From positions 1 through 41,132 of IMG/VR virus record IMGVR_UViG_3300044657_000526: 41,132 bases of DNA; one strand, 5' to 3'. Under the pieces are notes generated by a model that searched no databases, was not told the origin of the DNA, and saw only the letters and a program-made list of their open reading frames with translations. Made by a program: the position numbers and the translations under genes. How positions within the stretch are numbered: the first letter of the stretch is position 1; the number at the start of each line of letters is the position of its first letter. Source of the stretch: a virus. Taxonomy: Duplodnaviria; Caudoviricetes. This document shows, piece after piece, positions 9,891 to 19,113 of this stretch.

Positions 9891-11074
9891 AACGTTTCCT
9901 TAAAGTAGACTGAGTCTACAAAGTTCTTTTTGTTTACAGTTACGGTCTTATATACTTGCGCAGATAGACCACCTTTAACTAATAAGTAATGCACGACTAT
10001 CGGGGTGTCGCGCTTCTTATTACACTGTCGTGCTCTACGCTGAGTGTGTCTAGCAGTAGAGAAGTCTTGACTGTAGATTATTAAATTTGCATAACCACTA
10101 AGGTCAACACCTTCAGCATAAGAAGTAGCTTGCAGTAGTAAAGCTTTCTTAAATATCACTGATAACTTAGTTAGTTCTGCTTTATAGTTGTACATAATAA
10201 CAGTGTCTTCATTGTCACCAAAGTGTTCAAGAATGTAGTCAGCTTTTTCACGGTTAGCTAATACAATATACTCATCTTCTATCTTAGCCACACCGCCTTC
10301 TAGCATGTGTAAACTTACACGCAATTTAGACTTCGTGTCACACACTAGCGTACCAGCAGTTATCTCTACTATCTCATCTTTAACAATAGTGTTGTAGACT
10401 TCTTTAGTGGCTTTACCTAACTCAATGTAGTGAATTTCATCAGTTGGTTCATGTTCAAAACCAAGTTCCGCACGAGTCTTAGTTATGAATAAGTGTTCTA
10501 CTACACCTAATATGAGCGCAGCATCACACTTATCATATTGTCGTATAGGTATGCCATTAATCTCAATTTCATACGGTTTACCATACAACCTAAACCACTG
10601 ATAAAAGTTGCCATGCTTACACCAAGGACTCCAAGAGCTTAGCGCAAACTGATGGAACAACATCTGTGGTCCTTGCGCGTTAGGCGTAGCTGAGATATAC
10701 ACTATAGGTAGTCTAACTAATAGCACCTTCAATTGCTTCCATAAGTTACCAGGCTTAGGGAAAGCACTTATATAGTTATGGCTCTCGTCTAATAAGACTA
10801 AATCAAACGTACCGGTCATTTTATGTGCCTGGTGATAATTAGTTACAACGTACTCTTTAGTGTGCTCAAAAGCCTTCAACGTTTCATGCCAGCCATCCAG
10901 GGCCTTTTTCTTAGTTATCACCAGCACTCTCTCAGCTGCAGATTTCTCTGCAACCAAGATAGCGGTAAGAGTCTTCCCTGTCCGCTCTTCCATTGCCAGG
11001 TATACTATCATGTTCTCACGTAGTATACCTAGAGCAACTTCAGACAACTCTTCCTGGTGTGGATAGGGTATCAC
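9887..11074 (-). CDS. SF2 (SNF2-like) helicase
   Basis: PYPHQ, RTGKT, LLDESH, SATP, EGVDLS, QRRAR motifs. Confidence 0.85.
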   Translation of the reverse strand: MIPYPHQEELSEVALGILRENMIVYLAMEERTGKTLTAILVAEKSAAERVLVITKKKALDGWHETLKAFEHTKEYVVTNYHQAHKMTGTFDLVLLDESHNYISAFPKPGNLWKQLKVLLVRLPIVYISATPNAQGPQMLFHQFALSSWSPWCKHGNFYQWFRLYGKPYEIEINGIPIRQYDKCDAALILGVVEHLFITKTRAELGFEHEPTDEIHYIELGKATKEVYNTIVKDEIVEITAGTLVCDTKSKLRVSLHMLEGGVAKIEDEYIVLANREKADYILEHFGDNEDTVIMYNYKAELTKLSVIFKKALLLQATSYAEGVDLSGYANLIIYSQDFSTARHTQRRARQCNKKRDTPIVVHYLLVKGGLSAQVYKTVTVNKKNFVDSVYFKETL

Positions 11075-11910
11075 TACAGCTTAGTCATAGCGATGGTTGT
11101 TGGCGCTTTAATCTTTTGCATAGTGCCCGGACACTTTCCGTAGAAGGCGCAGAACTTCTGGCTACAAAACATATAACTCGGATTCGGACGCAAGATTGTC
11201 TCAATAGGCGCAACATCTTTAACAACCAGGTCTAGCGTATCAAGAATGATATTAACTAATGCTTTAGCTTGTGGTACATTAGCTTCCATCGGGATAATCA
11301 TACCTTCAGGTACTTTCTTAAGCACTACAGATTGTATTAGATTGTGCTTAACTGCTACACCATTCTCTTCAGCTAAGTATTTATAGATAGACTGTTGAGT
11401 ACTATAGTTTGACACTGTAGGCTTGCGCTTGCCAGTCTTAATATCAGCGATAGTATTGTGGTTAATGTAATCAACTGTACCACCAATCTCTGAAACTAAC
11501 GGATGGTCTAGGTCGACTTTAAAGAACTGCTCAACACCAGTAGGTATATCAGTGTAAGGCACAATGTCCTCAATGAAAGCTTCAGTGCCCGCAATAATCT
11601 CACCTACACAAGTGCCATCAGTTTCACCATCATTAAACTGCATGTTTTCCTGCTCATTTTCTTTTTTCCAGGCTTCAACAGCTGCATCAGTCATAGCGCC
11701 AAGGTTTATTACTTTAGTACCTTTAGCTATACTTTCTTGCCACATCTGTTCAGCGCCAGCATGTATAGCAGTACCGATAGCAGCACGACTAGATGGCATA
11801 GAGCGATTGCCTTCAAGGAATGTAGACCCCCACTGCCAAGCACAACCAAAGAACCCATCAATAGCAGACGGACGTAAGCGTATTTCTTCTTGCAAAATTT
11901 GAATAGTCAT
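11074..11910 (-). CDS. PD-(D/E)xK exonuclease (Cas4/RecB-like)
   Basis: GTAIH, GTVD, IADIKT, QQSIY, 1+3 Cys pattern; start moved to ATG 11910 because of TAATG overlap with the upstream stop. Confidence 0.85.
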   Translation of the reverse strand: MTIQILQEEIRLRPSAIDGFFGCAWQWGSTFLEGNRSMPSSRAAIGTAIHAGAEQMWQESIAKGTKVINLGAMTDAAVEAWKKENEQENMQFNDGETDGTCVGEIIAGTEAFIEDIVPYTDIPTGVEQFFKVDLDHPLVSEIGGTVDYINHNTIADIKTGKRKPTVSNYSTQQSIYKYLAEENGVAVKHNLIQSVVLKKVPEGMIIPMEANVPQAKALVNIILDTLDLVVKDVAPIETILRPNPSYMFCSQKFCAFYGKCPGTMQKIKAPTTIAMTKL

Positions 11911-12632
11911 TATTTTAATCCTAGTGTGTGAAGGAACATTAAGTTGCAAAGCAAGTGTGCAGAATGAGGTAATCCCGTTTCAGGGTCCTCGTATTCACCT
12001 TGTAGCATTGCATTAGTGTGACGGTGTGCGGCTGCAAGGTATCTGCCAGTATCGGAGCACTCTTTCCAGTTACCTGGTTTATACTTACGAGCACCAAAAG
12101 TAAGTACCTTAGCTAAGGTTTCTTCAGCTACGTAGAAGTTAGCGTAATTACTTAACACAGCCCCTAGCAGCCGCCTAAAATGGTCTACTCTACCAGGTAC
12201 TGGCGTGTGGTCAGCTTGGTAATCGTACAGAGCTGTTTTTAGGCTTACTTCGTTAGGTTCTACTTCCCAGTTGAAGCCCCACATTAATAAAGCAAATGCT
12301 GGCTCTACTAAGTCAAAGCGAGGCTTGTCACCATCAAACTTCATGAATGCTTCAACTACTTTAACTTCTTGCACGTTGTGAGCTAACATTAGCTTAGCGC
12401 AGTTAGGACAAGGCTGATGGGTTACATACGCTATTAGCGGACCATCTAGCTTTGAACTATACTTAGCTTCAGCTATCAACATCTCACAAGCCATTTCTTC
12501 AGCATGTGTGTGTTCATCGTTATAACCTTCAGCTACCACTACACCATTAGCTACTAGTATGCAGCCTACTTGGCGCTTTTCTACATTTGACTTGGCAGCA
12601 ACGCCAAGCACATATTTAGTTAAGTCTTCCAC
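11910..12632 (-). CDS. Fusion: dCMP-deaminase-like domain plus DUF5664 dATP/dGTP diphosphohydrolase-like domain
   Basis: VGC..GYN..HAEE..PCPNC zinc deaminase; KFDGDKPRFDL...VLTFGARKY..NW...RH...DPETGLPHSAH; GTG 12632 preceded by GGAG. Confidence 0.85.
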   Translation of the reverse strand: MEDLTKYVLGVAAKSNVEKRQVGCILVANGVVVAEGYNDEHTHAEEMACEMLIAEAKYSSKLDGPLIAYVTHQPCPNCAKLMLAHNVQEVKVVEAFMKFDGDKPRFDLVEPAFALLMWGFNWEVEPNEVSLKTALYDYQADHTPVPGRVDHFRRLLGAVLSNYANFYVAEETLAKVLTFGARKYKPGNWKECSDTGRYLAAAHRHTNAMLQGEYEDPETGLPHSAHLLCNLMFLHTLGLK

Positions 12633-13182
12633 GAGCTTTCTCCAATAATGCATTTAATTTAGGTTCTGGTGCTACAAAGTACGCACCTTTGTTTATGTTC
12701 GCTTTCACCTCAGACGACACTTTTTCTATCGTCTTAGAGTCATTGCTATCACAAACTATAAGCATAGCTTCTTTACACTCTTTATGTGTTAAGCCAAGGC
12801 CTGTCATCTCAACTAGTGCTGATGTGATAACTAAAGCAGCTGTCATCTCAGCTGGGTAGTTTTCATCGTAATTCAGCACATCAATGTACGTGGATATATA
12901 GTAAGCCGGCCATAGTTCATTACAGTTTATTTGATTCGTTACAACTATGTGTGCTTGCTCCATAGATTCTGTTATTACTTCGTTAGTAACATCTAGCTTC
13001 CACAATACACCCATAGCAACGTAAACTAGGTCACACAGAGCATCAAGCTTGTCTACTGACGTAGTAGCTTCTAACCACTCTGTGTGCTCTTCACGCAGTA
13101 GAGACACTGCTAAGTCTTTGTGGTACTCACGAGCGTATCGCTTCTCGTTCCAGTCACTTACTCTTTTAAATACTTCATTCAT
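12616..13182 (-). CDS. MazG-like NTP pyrophosphohydrolase
   Basis: EEHTE...DALCDLVYV metal motif and SNDSK. Confidence 0.8.
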   Translation of the reverse strand: MNEVFKRVSDWNEKRYAREYHKDLAVSLLREEHTEWLEATTSVDKLDALCDLVYVAMGVLWKLDVTNEVITESMEQAHIVVTNQINCNELWPAYYISTYIDVLNYDENYPAEMTAALVITSALVEMTGLGLTHKECKEAMLIVCDSNDSKTIEKVSSEVKANINKGAYFVAPEPKLNALLEKARGRLN

Positions 13183-13988
13183 TATGCTTTCAACTTAAAA
13201 TCAATAGGGGCACAAGAGTCAAACAGGCTTAAGCACAAGTCTGACGGTTCAAATTCACAGAAGTCTTTACCGCGCGGTGCTGTCCAACGATATGTCGGTG
13301 CACGCTTAACTTCTCGGTGTTCTACAGCATACAAGTAATCATATGCTCCCTGGGTATGTTCATCATAGACATGACAGTCACCAAGGTCAAACTTGATACG
13401 ACCAGGATTCAACCCAAACTCATTAGCTATAGCAATTAACCACGCTGCAGCGAATATAATATCAGAAGGTAACCCTATCATCATATCGACACTGCGTTGA
13501 GTCCATATCATGTCTAATTGGCCCTTACGGACGTAGAATTGATACGAATAATGACAACATGGTAAACTAAGCTCTTTTAGTTTATGTGGTCTCCAGCCTG
13601 ATATAATCATCCGACGGTCGTCAGGGTTGTTAGCTAAAGCTTCTTTAAGAGCTGCAACCTGGTCGTAACCTTCAAAGTCAAACCAGGCATTGCCGTAGTC
13701 TACTTTTAGCTTGCCTTGCTCGTCACCCCAAAGCTTCCAATAGTTACAACCCCACTTTTCAAAGTCTTCAACACAAGTAGGCGTACGTACCATCGCAGCT
13801 AACTCACCTAACACACCTTTAGGGTACATCTTACGACCCTGGATGATAGGAAAGTAAGCATCGATACCGTCTACAACTAAAGACATGCCAAATAGTGACT
13901 TCGTCTTTCCATTACGGGTATTCTTAGTTATACCGTCAGCTAATATCTGTCGTATTAACTCAGCATAGTCATGTTCAAACTGGAGCAT
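13182..13988 (-). CDS. thyA: Thymidylate synthase family protein, Asp176 variant (possible dCMP methylase or hydroxymethylase)
   Basis: DRR, LPCCHYSYQFYV, QRSVDMMIGLPSD, DCHVY. Confidence 0.9.
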   Translation of the reverse strand: MLQFEHDYAELIRQILADGITKNTRNGKTKSLFGMSLVVDGIDAYFPIIQGRKMYPKGVLGELAAMVRTPTCVEDFEKWGCNYWKLWGDEQGKLKVDYGNAWFDFEGYDQVAALKEALANNPDDRRMIISGWRPHKLKELSLPCCHYSYQFYVRKGQLDMIWTQRSVDMMIGLPSDIIFAAAWLIAIANEFGLNPGRIKFDLGDCHVYDEHTQGAYDYLYAVEHREVKRAPTYRWTAPRGKDFCEFEPSDLCLSLFDSCAPIDFKLKA

Positions 13989-14549
13989 AATGCATTCCTT
14001 CTAATGTTGTTGACCAGATGTCTTCAATGTCGTCATCTTCAATGTCTCCCCAGTTAGTGCCTACTTTAACATCTACAGGCATAGGGAGGTCTTTAATTTT
14101 GTACAGCACGCTCATTTCAAACCAGGCTTTTTGCATCGCCTCAGCTTTCATTAATGCTATTGCTTGATAGTGCTCAGGCTTGTCAGGACCTTCAGTTATC
14201 AAGCTATCATGAATGAAGTTGCATAGCATAAAGTCAGTACCGTGCTCGGCGTTGTACGCTTTCATTTTAGGGTAGAAGTAATGTAGAGCTAATTTAGCTA
14301 CTTCAGCACCTGCACCCTGGTTCTCAATGTTGAGTTGGTCAGTCATCATTTTAGCCATGTACTTACGGCCTAATGGTGTGCTGCCAGGACGCTTTTGACG
14401 CCATTGGTTAATACCAACTTCTTGCCAGGCATATATCTCTTTCCAAAGATTACGCCAGCGACGTCTATCACGTACACCTTGTTCTTCAGTTAACAATACT
14501 TCAGCTTGTAATATCAGAATGCTGATAAGCATGTTAATACCACCACCAT
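13975..14549 (-). CDS. polA: Family A DNA polymerase, exon 2
   Basis: (Y)GGGINML, TPLGR, NQGAGAEVAK, motif C FIHDS, VGTNW. Confidence 0.9.
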
Positions 14550-15355
14550 CTTTATATTCGAGTGCATTCGCTACTACGCACCCCGTTCTCTTATGAACTG
14601 CTGCATGTTTCCATGCAGAATAGACTATATCATAAACTCTCACAATTTGAGCTTCCCACCGCTTCCACCTGCATTAGGTGTACTTCCTTTCGGAATAGTC
14701 GTTGAACCTTGAGCATAACGTCCAGTAGCATTATCGTGCACGCAGTGCTCCGATTGATGGCAACGCTTACAAAGCAGCTCAAAGTTTGAGTCTACGTTGT
14801 TTTCTCGATTGTGGTCTACGTGGTGTACACACCAGTCGTAGCGAGAAACGTTCCATAAGTCTTTATTACAACGGTTACAGTGTCTACGCTCTTTTAGAAT
14901 CTTACCTCTACGTTTATTGAAATATCCAATGCCTGTAGTGCGTAAATTCTCTCTTGCCCAAGCGCCTTGACTTACTTTAGTATTAACTTCTCTAAAATCT
15001 GCCACAGCTTTAGCTGCTTTTTCATGCGTTAGGTAGTAACCGCAGTCTTTTAATTCACCGTTATGTCTAACTAATGCTCTGAATCTGACGAAGTTCTTTC
15101 TACACGGTACTCGTTGAACACCTTTAGCTACCATCTTCTTGCTTCTTAGCTTGTTACACTCTTCGCAGTAGACTACTGATGGTCCTTTAGCTTCAAACTT
15201 ACTTGTACAGTGCTTGCAGTTCTTAATCATAATTATGCCCCTTGGCTGCTGATTGTCTTGTTAATTAATTATGCCAAAATTATATGTCTTTTTACGCAAT
15301 TAATTTCGTCAGAGTTCCCAGCAATTCAATGGGTTTTACTTCTGCTAGGTTATTA
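14550..15355 (-). mobile_element. Group I self-splicing intron (IA2-like, 806 nt) in polA motif B
   Basis: Exon ends in U pairing with G in P1 (UUCUGU/GCAGAA); P GAAUUGCUGGGAA, Q AAUCAGCAG, R GUUCAACGACUA, S AUGAUAUAGUCUA; terminal G at 14550; splicing restores NFSFLYGGG and a 571-aa ORF. Confidence 0.93.
14640..15230 (-). CDS. Intron-encoded HNH homing endonuclease with zinc ribbon and AP2-like domain
   Basis: CKHC..CEEC; FRALVRHNGELKDCGYYLTHEKAAKA; CNRC..HHVDHNRENN..NFELLCKRCH. Confidence 0.88.
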   Translation of the reverse strand: MIKNCKHCTSKFEAKGPSVVYCEECNKLRSKKMVAKGVQRVPCRKNFVRFRALVRHNGELKDCGYYLTHEKAAKAVADFREVNTKVSQGAWARENLRTTGIGYFNKRRGKILKERRHCNRCNKDLWNVSRYDWCVHHVDHNRENNVDSNFELLCKRCHQSEHCVHDNATGRYAQGSTTIPKGSTPNAGGSGGKLKL

Positions 15356-16496
15356 ACAGAAAACTAAAGTTATATGTCTTTGACAAGTTGCGGTCGTCTT
15401 TAGTCCAGTCGTCACCAAATAACATCTGAGCAGTAAAGCCATGTAAATCGGCACCAGAGCGGAATAGTTTTTCCATAGCTCTACACGCAGTGATTGCGCA
15501 TATAGTACGCAACTCAAGTTGAGCGTAATCCGCATAGATTAACACACGACCTGGAGGAGCTTCAAACATTGCTTTTAGTTTACGTGGCAACTGCTGAAGG
15601 TTTTGGTCTTTACTAGTTAAGCGACCAGAACGTGCGCTAGGTAAAAACTTACCGTAAATGCGACCATCTTCAGTGTCAAACTTATCTAAGAAAGAGTTTT
15701 GCTTCCGTAGTCTACGCACTTGTAGAATCTGGTGTGCTTTAGTGTTACCTTCAAGTGATAACTTAGTTAAAGCTAAAGCATCAGACTCTGTGATACCACC
15801 TAACCACTCACGCACTTGCTTATATGAGTTAGCGTTGATAGGCAAGTTAATGTCACTAATAAGCTGCTCGTTATCTTGATAGCGAAAGAATAATGCGTCT
15901 TTATTAAGAGGCATACCATTCCACTGGAAGTCAAAACAATAACCTAGTGTTAGTTTATCAAGCTGATAACTTTGGTCACTAACAAAGCTTTTAACAGCTT
16001 CCCACAACTGTGGCATGTAATAAACATCAGTTGCTGCATAAAGCAATTGGTCTTCAGTTAAAGCTAACTTAGCCCAGTCAGACTTCTGTAGAGCTTTCTT
16101 ATCCAGGTTTTGTCTAACATAAGGACAATAACCTAAGACGTATTGGAAGGTCTCATCTAAGCTAAATTTCTCTTTAGTAAAGAAGTGTAATCTAGCTAAT
16201 AAAAATGTGTCTTCATAGTTCTTAGGAACCCAACGAGTACCAGACTGTTGTTGTACTGTGGTAATATCATAGTGACTGTTATGCCACACAGTTGTGAACT
16301 TATCTAAGAATGCAGCTGTTTGTATCGCACCAGGGTGGTCTACTAATAGCACTTTATCTAAGTGTGGTTGGTAGACTTGAAGTAGTCTAATTTCCTGGTA
16401 GAACCCTTTAGTTTCAGTATCAGTAAATAAAGGTTCTTCCAGGTTCAATAGCGGCAGAGCATCTGCCAGGGTTGTTAATACGTATGGAGTCTTCAC
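15356..16496 (-). CDS. polA: Family A DNA polymerase, exon 1 (3'-5' exonuclease, motifs A and B)
   Basis: DTET, HNSHYD, YAATD exonuclease motifs; SGRLTS..NLQQLP; ADYAQLELR; RNLSKTYNFSFL. Confidence 0.92.
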
Positions 16497-16756
16497 AGGC
16501 GCGCCTTACTATCAGCTGACTCTGTAAGCTTGTCATACTCAGTGAAGTCTACTTTTTGGATAACCCACCTGTATTCAAATAGCACGTCTAGCTTAACCTT
16601 TTCAATAGGTAACATGTGGTGTACACGTACTAGTTGTGGGCCTTTAGGGCTTGGGACTACAAGGATGTCTTTCGGTTCAAATACTTGAGTGGTGCGGTAG
16701 GTGTATAGTCTGTTACCTTCAGGAAAAGCGACAGCTACATAATTGATTGTTTGCAT
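16493..16756 (-). CDS. Hypothetical phage protein
   Basis: 87 aa, AAGG RBS, stop overlaps polA start. Confidence 0.7.
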   Translation of the reverse strand: MQTINYVAVAFPEGNRLYTYRTTQVFEPKDILVVPSPKGPQLVRVHHMLPIEKVKLDVLFEYRWVIQKVDFTEYDKLTESADSKARL

Positions 16757-16806
16757 GTTGTATACCTTTTATTATAGTGCCTAAAGTGTGGCACTGTGGT
16801 TTAAGA

Positions 16807-16826
16807 GCGACCACCGAAGTGGCCGC
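16807..16826 (-). terminator. UUCG hairpin after ssb (weak terminator or stabiliser)
   Basis: GCGGCCAC-TTCG-GTGGTCGC followed by TCTT. Confidence 0.55.
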
Positions 16827-16833
16827 ATATTAT

Positions 16834-17502
16834 TTAAAGCTTAACTTTTTTAGGAGTGTCGCTTTCAACAGACTCAAAGTCTGCATCTTCGTCCACGCCT
16901 GTAAAGCCACCTTCGTCTTCATCAGCTTCAAAGCCTGCATCAGCACCTTCGTACGCTACAAACTTAGTTAACTGAATGGCATTAAGATACAAAGTAACAC
17001 CAGCATCAACTAAGACACCTTTGTTTTCGTTCTTATAGATTGCCATCATGCCTGAGATGTAACCTTCAGAGCCGTTACCAATAGTCTTGTCACCAAGGCT
17101 TACTACATTAGCTTTAGCATTGTAGATTTTGATAACTTTAGCATCGCCACTTTTAGCAAAGACTGTGTCTGTACTAAACTTAAGCGCTACTTTACCGTCA
17201 GGGTCAAATACCTTTTCACCATCTTCATTGAAGACGGGCTCGCCATCAGCGTCCTTTTCCACATCATGAAGGTAGTAACCAAGAGATTTAGCTTTCTTAC
17301 GGTAGCCTTTAGGCTTGTTCTCTGCCCAGAACGCGTCGATAGCGTCGATAGCAGCCTGGTGAACTCCATTGTTCTTAGGGTCAAGAACAACATCCGCCTG
17401 GTATTTTAGCTTACCAGACAAATTTTCTTTACCTTCACCAGAGATTGTTACCCACTCTAAAGTGCCTTTTGGAGATTTGAACTTTTGCATTGCATTTGAC
17501 AT
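16834..17502 (-). CDS. ssb: Single-stranded DNA-binding protein (T7 gp2.5-like)
   Basis: SPKGTLEWV, IGNGS, GVTLYLNAIQL, acidic C-terminal tail, next to polymerase. Confidence 0.78.
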   Translation of the reverse strand: MSNAMQKFKSPKGTLEWVTISGEGKENLSGKLKYQADVVLDPKNNGVHQAAIDAIDAFWAENKPKGYRKKAKSLGYYLHDVEKDADGEPVFNEDGEKVFDPDGKVALKFSTDTVFAKSGDAKVIKIYNAKANVVSLGDKTIGNGSEGYISGMMAIYKNENKGVLVDAGVTLYLNAIQLTKFVAYEGADAGFEADEDEGGFTGVDEDADFESVESDTPKKVKL

Positions 17503-17575
17503 TGTGTTTTACCTGTGTTTAAGTGTGTTTAAATTACTGTATCAAGCTTCTCAACTTGATGATTTATTATATCGA

Positions 17576-17824
17576 CTATTTGGAATCTTTAACAATAACT
17601 TTTTTAGCCGGAGTTATACTTTTTTGTTCTAAGGGCTTAGCAGGTTCTTTAGGGACCACTACCAGGTTCTGGAACTCTACAGTAACAAAGTGGCCGTCAT
17701 CCAGTAACACCAAAGCTTCATCGAACCCACGTAACGTGCGCACTGGTCCTTGAAACTGTCCAGAGTACTTAGGCTTATCACCTTGTTTAGCTGCTTCACT
17801 GTGTCTAAAAATATTTACTAACAT
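17576..17824 (-). CDS. Hypothetical protein
   Basis: 82 aa ORF overlapping the helicase stop, GGTG RBS. Confidence 0.65.
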   Translation of the reverse strand: MLVNIFRHSEAAKQGDKPKYSGQFQGPVRTLRGFDEALVLLDDGHFVTVEFQNLVVVPKEPAKPLEQKSITPAKKVIVKDSK

Positions 17825-19113
17825 GTTATCACCTTTTCGCTTGCGCGACTAATTGCTACGTACATTAATTTGAGATATTGCTGCAAGCTAAAATAAGCTG
17901 CTTTATGCAAATCATCGGTGTCCACAAGAACTCTAGGGTACGTACTACCTTGAGACTTGTGCACAGTCATGGCATGGGAAAAGTCCAGGCACACTACTGA
18001 TTCGTTGTAACTAAGAAAATCACGCCACGCTTTAGCTCGTTTCCGTGCTAGTGGATGGGTAGCGTTACTCTTAGCCCAGCCTGTTGCTTTAAAACCAGGG
18101 AAGTTATCCTCTATGGCTCTATTGCTGGCGGCTGCTGTTCTTTTTAGCTCTTCTAAGCGAAGCTTGTGATTGTAGTGGCCAAACTCTACAGCCATTACAG
18201 TTTCATCACCTTCTTCGGTCTCCAGAATTGCGAATTTTGTATCATTTTGTATCAAGTATTCTAATGTCTTATATTTAGAATTAATGACCAATGGCTCTCC
18301 AAATGGTAGCTCTATTTGCGTCGGAAATTCAGTCCATTGAACAAAATTGTAGCTTTGTTTAGTAGTAGGACTAAATAGCACATCACCCTCTACTGGTAGC
18401 TCACGACCCTGGATTTGCGCGTTAAGCTCTTGCACTCTTTCATTCGTGTAGCACAAGATAACATCACCAGGTGTATACTCTTTAGCTAAGTCTTTGCCTC
18501 GCACAAAGTTCTTGTTAGCAGGTAGTGGTTCTATAGGCGCACCTTCGATAAAACTAACTAAACTTTCTAAAGTGTCACCCAGGGGATTGTCTTTAGCTTG
18601 TCGCTTTATCTCAGTAAGCAATATACAGTACTTCCCTGAAGGTTTAACAGATTGCTTGTCACCGATAGGTCCTAACTGATAAGGGTCACCTAACCACACA
18701 AGCTTGAGATTAGGTACGCCGTCATAGTCAGGGTCCTGCTCTGCTCGTAGGTCCATCAGGTCCTGTTCACCAACCATAGAGTACTCGTCGATGAATAGTA
18801 TTGATGTCTTAGCAGATGCACCAGTCTTACAATTGCTACTGATGTGCGCCATGTTCGTAGCGTTATCGTTAATAGTAGGCCGCTTACACAGGAACTTATG
18901 CAACGTAACGATGTTAGTACCTTTTCTTAGCTTAGTAGCTAATACATCGCAGGCCTTATGAGTGTAAGCCGCAACCATACACTCAATGTCATTATCAGCG
19001 CAGTAGTCTACCAGGTAGCTCAGGTCTGTAGTCTTACCAGTACCTGCTCTACCTGTAATGTACATGTCCCAGGCGCGGTAGTCAGCCAGGAAGTCTTTGA
19101 AGGTCTCAATCAT
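17818..19113 (-). CDS. SF1B helicase (Dda/RecD-like)
   Basis: GRAGTGKT, IDEYSMV, GDPYQL, MTVHKSQGST, YVAISRA; start at ATG 19113 with GGAG and ATGA overlap. Confidence 0.9.
   Translation of the reverse strand: MIETFKDFLADYRAWDMYITGRAGTGKTTDLSYLVDYCADNDIECMVAAYTHKACDVLATKLRKGTNIVTLHKFLCKRPTINDNATNMAHISSNCKTGASAKTSILFIDEYSMVGEQDLMDLRAEQDPDYDGVPNLKLVWLGDPYQLGPIGDKQSVKPSGKYCILLTEIKRQAKDNPLGDTLESLVSFIEGAPIEPLPANKNFVRGKDLAKEYTPGDVILCYTNERVQELNAQIQGRELPVEGDVLFSPTTKQSYNFVQWTEFPTQIELPFGEPLVINSKYKTLEYLIQNDTKFAILETEEGDETVMAVEFGHYNHKLRLEELKRTAAASNRAIEDNFPGFKATGWAKSNATHPLARKRAKAWRDFLSYNESVVCLDFSHAMTVHKSQGSTYPRVLVDTDDLHKAAYFSLQQYLKLMYVAISRASEKVITC

Noticed and set aside
11910-12350. Z-base or 7-deazaguanine genome suggested by DUF5664
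   Set aside because: No purZ, datZ, folE, queC/D/E or dpdA homologue recognisable in the genome
13975-16496. polA as a pseudogene, frameshift or intein-split gene
   Set aside because: Group I intron elements and an in-frame splice junction explain the break; the 14643 start in the ORF track lies inside the intron
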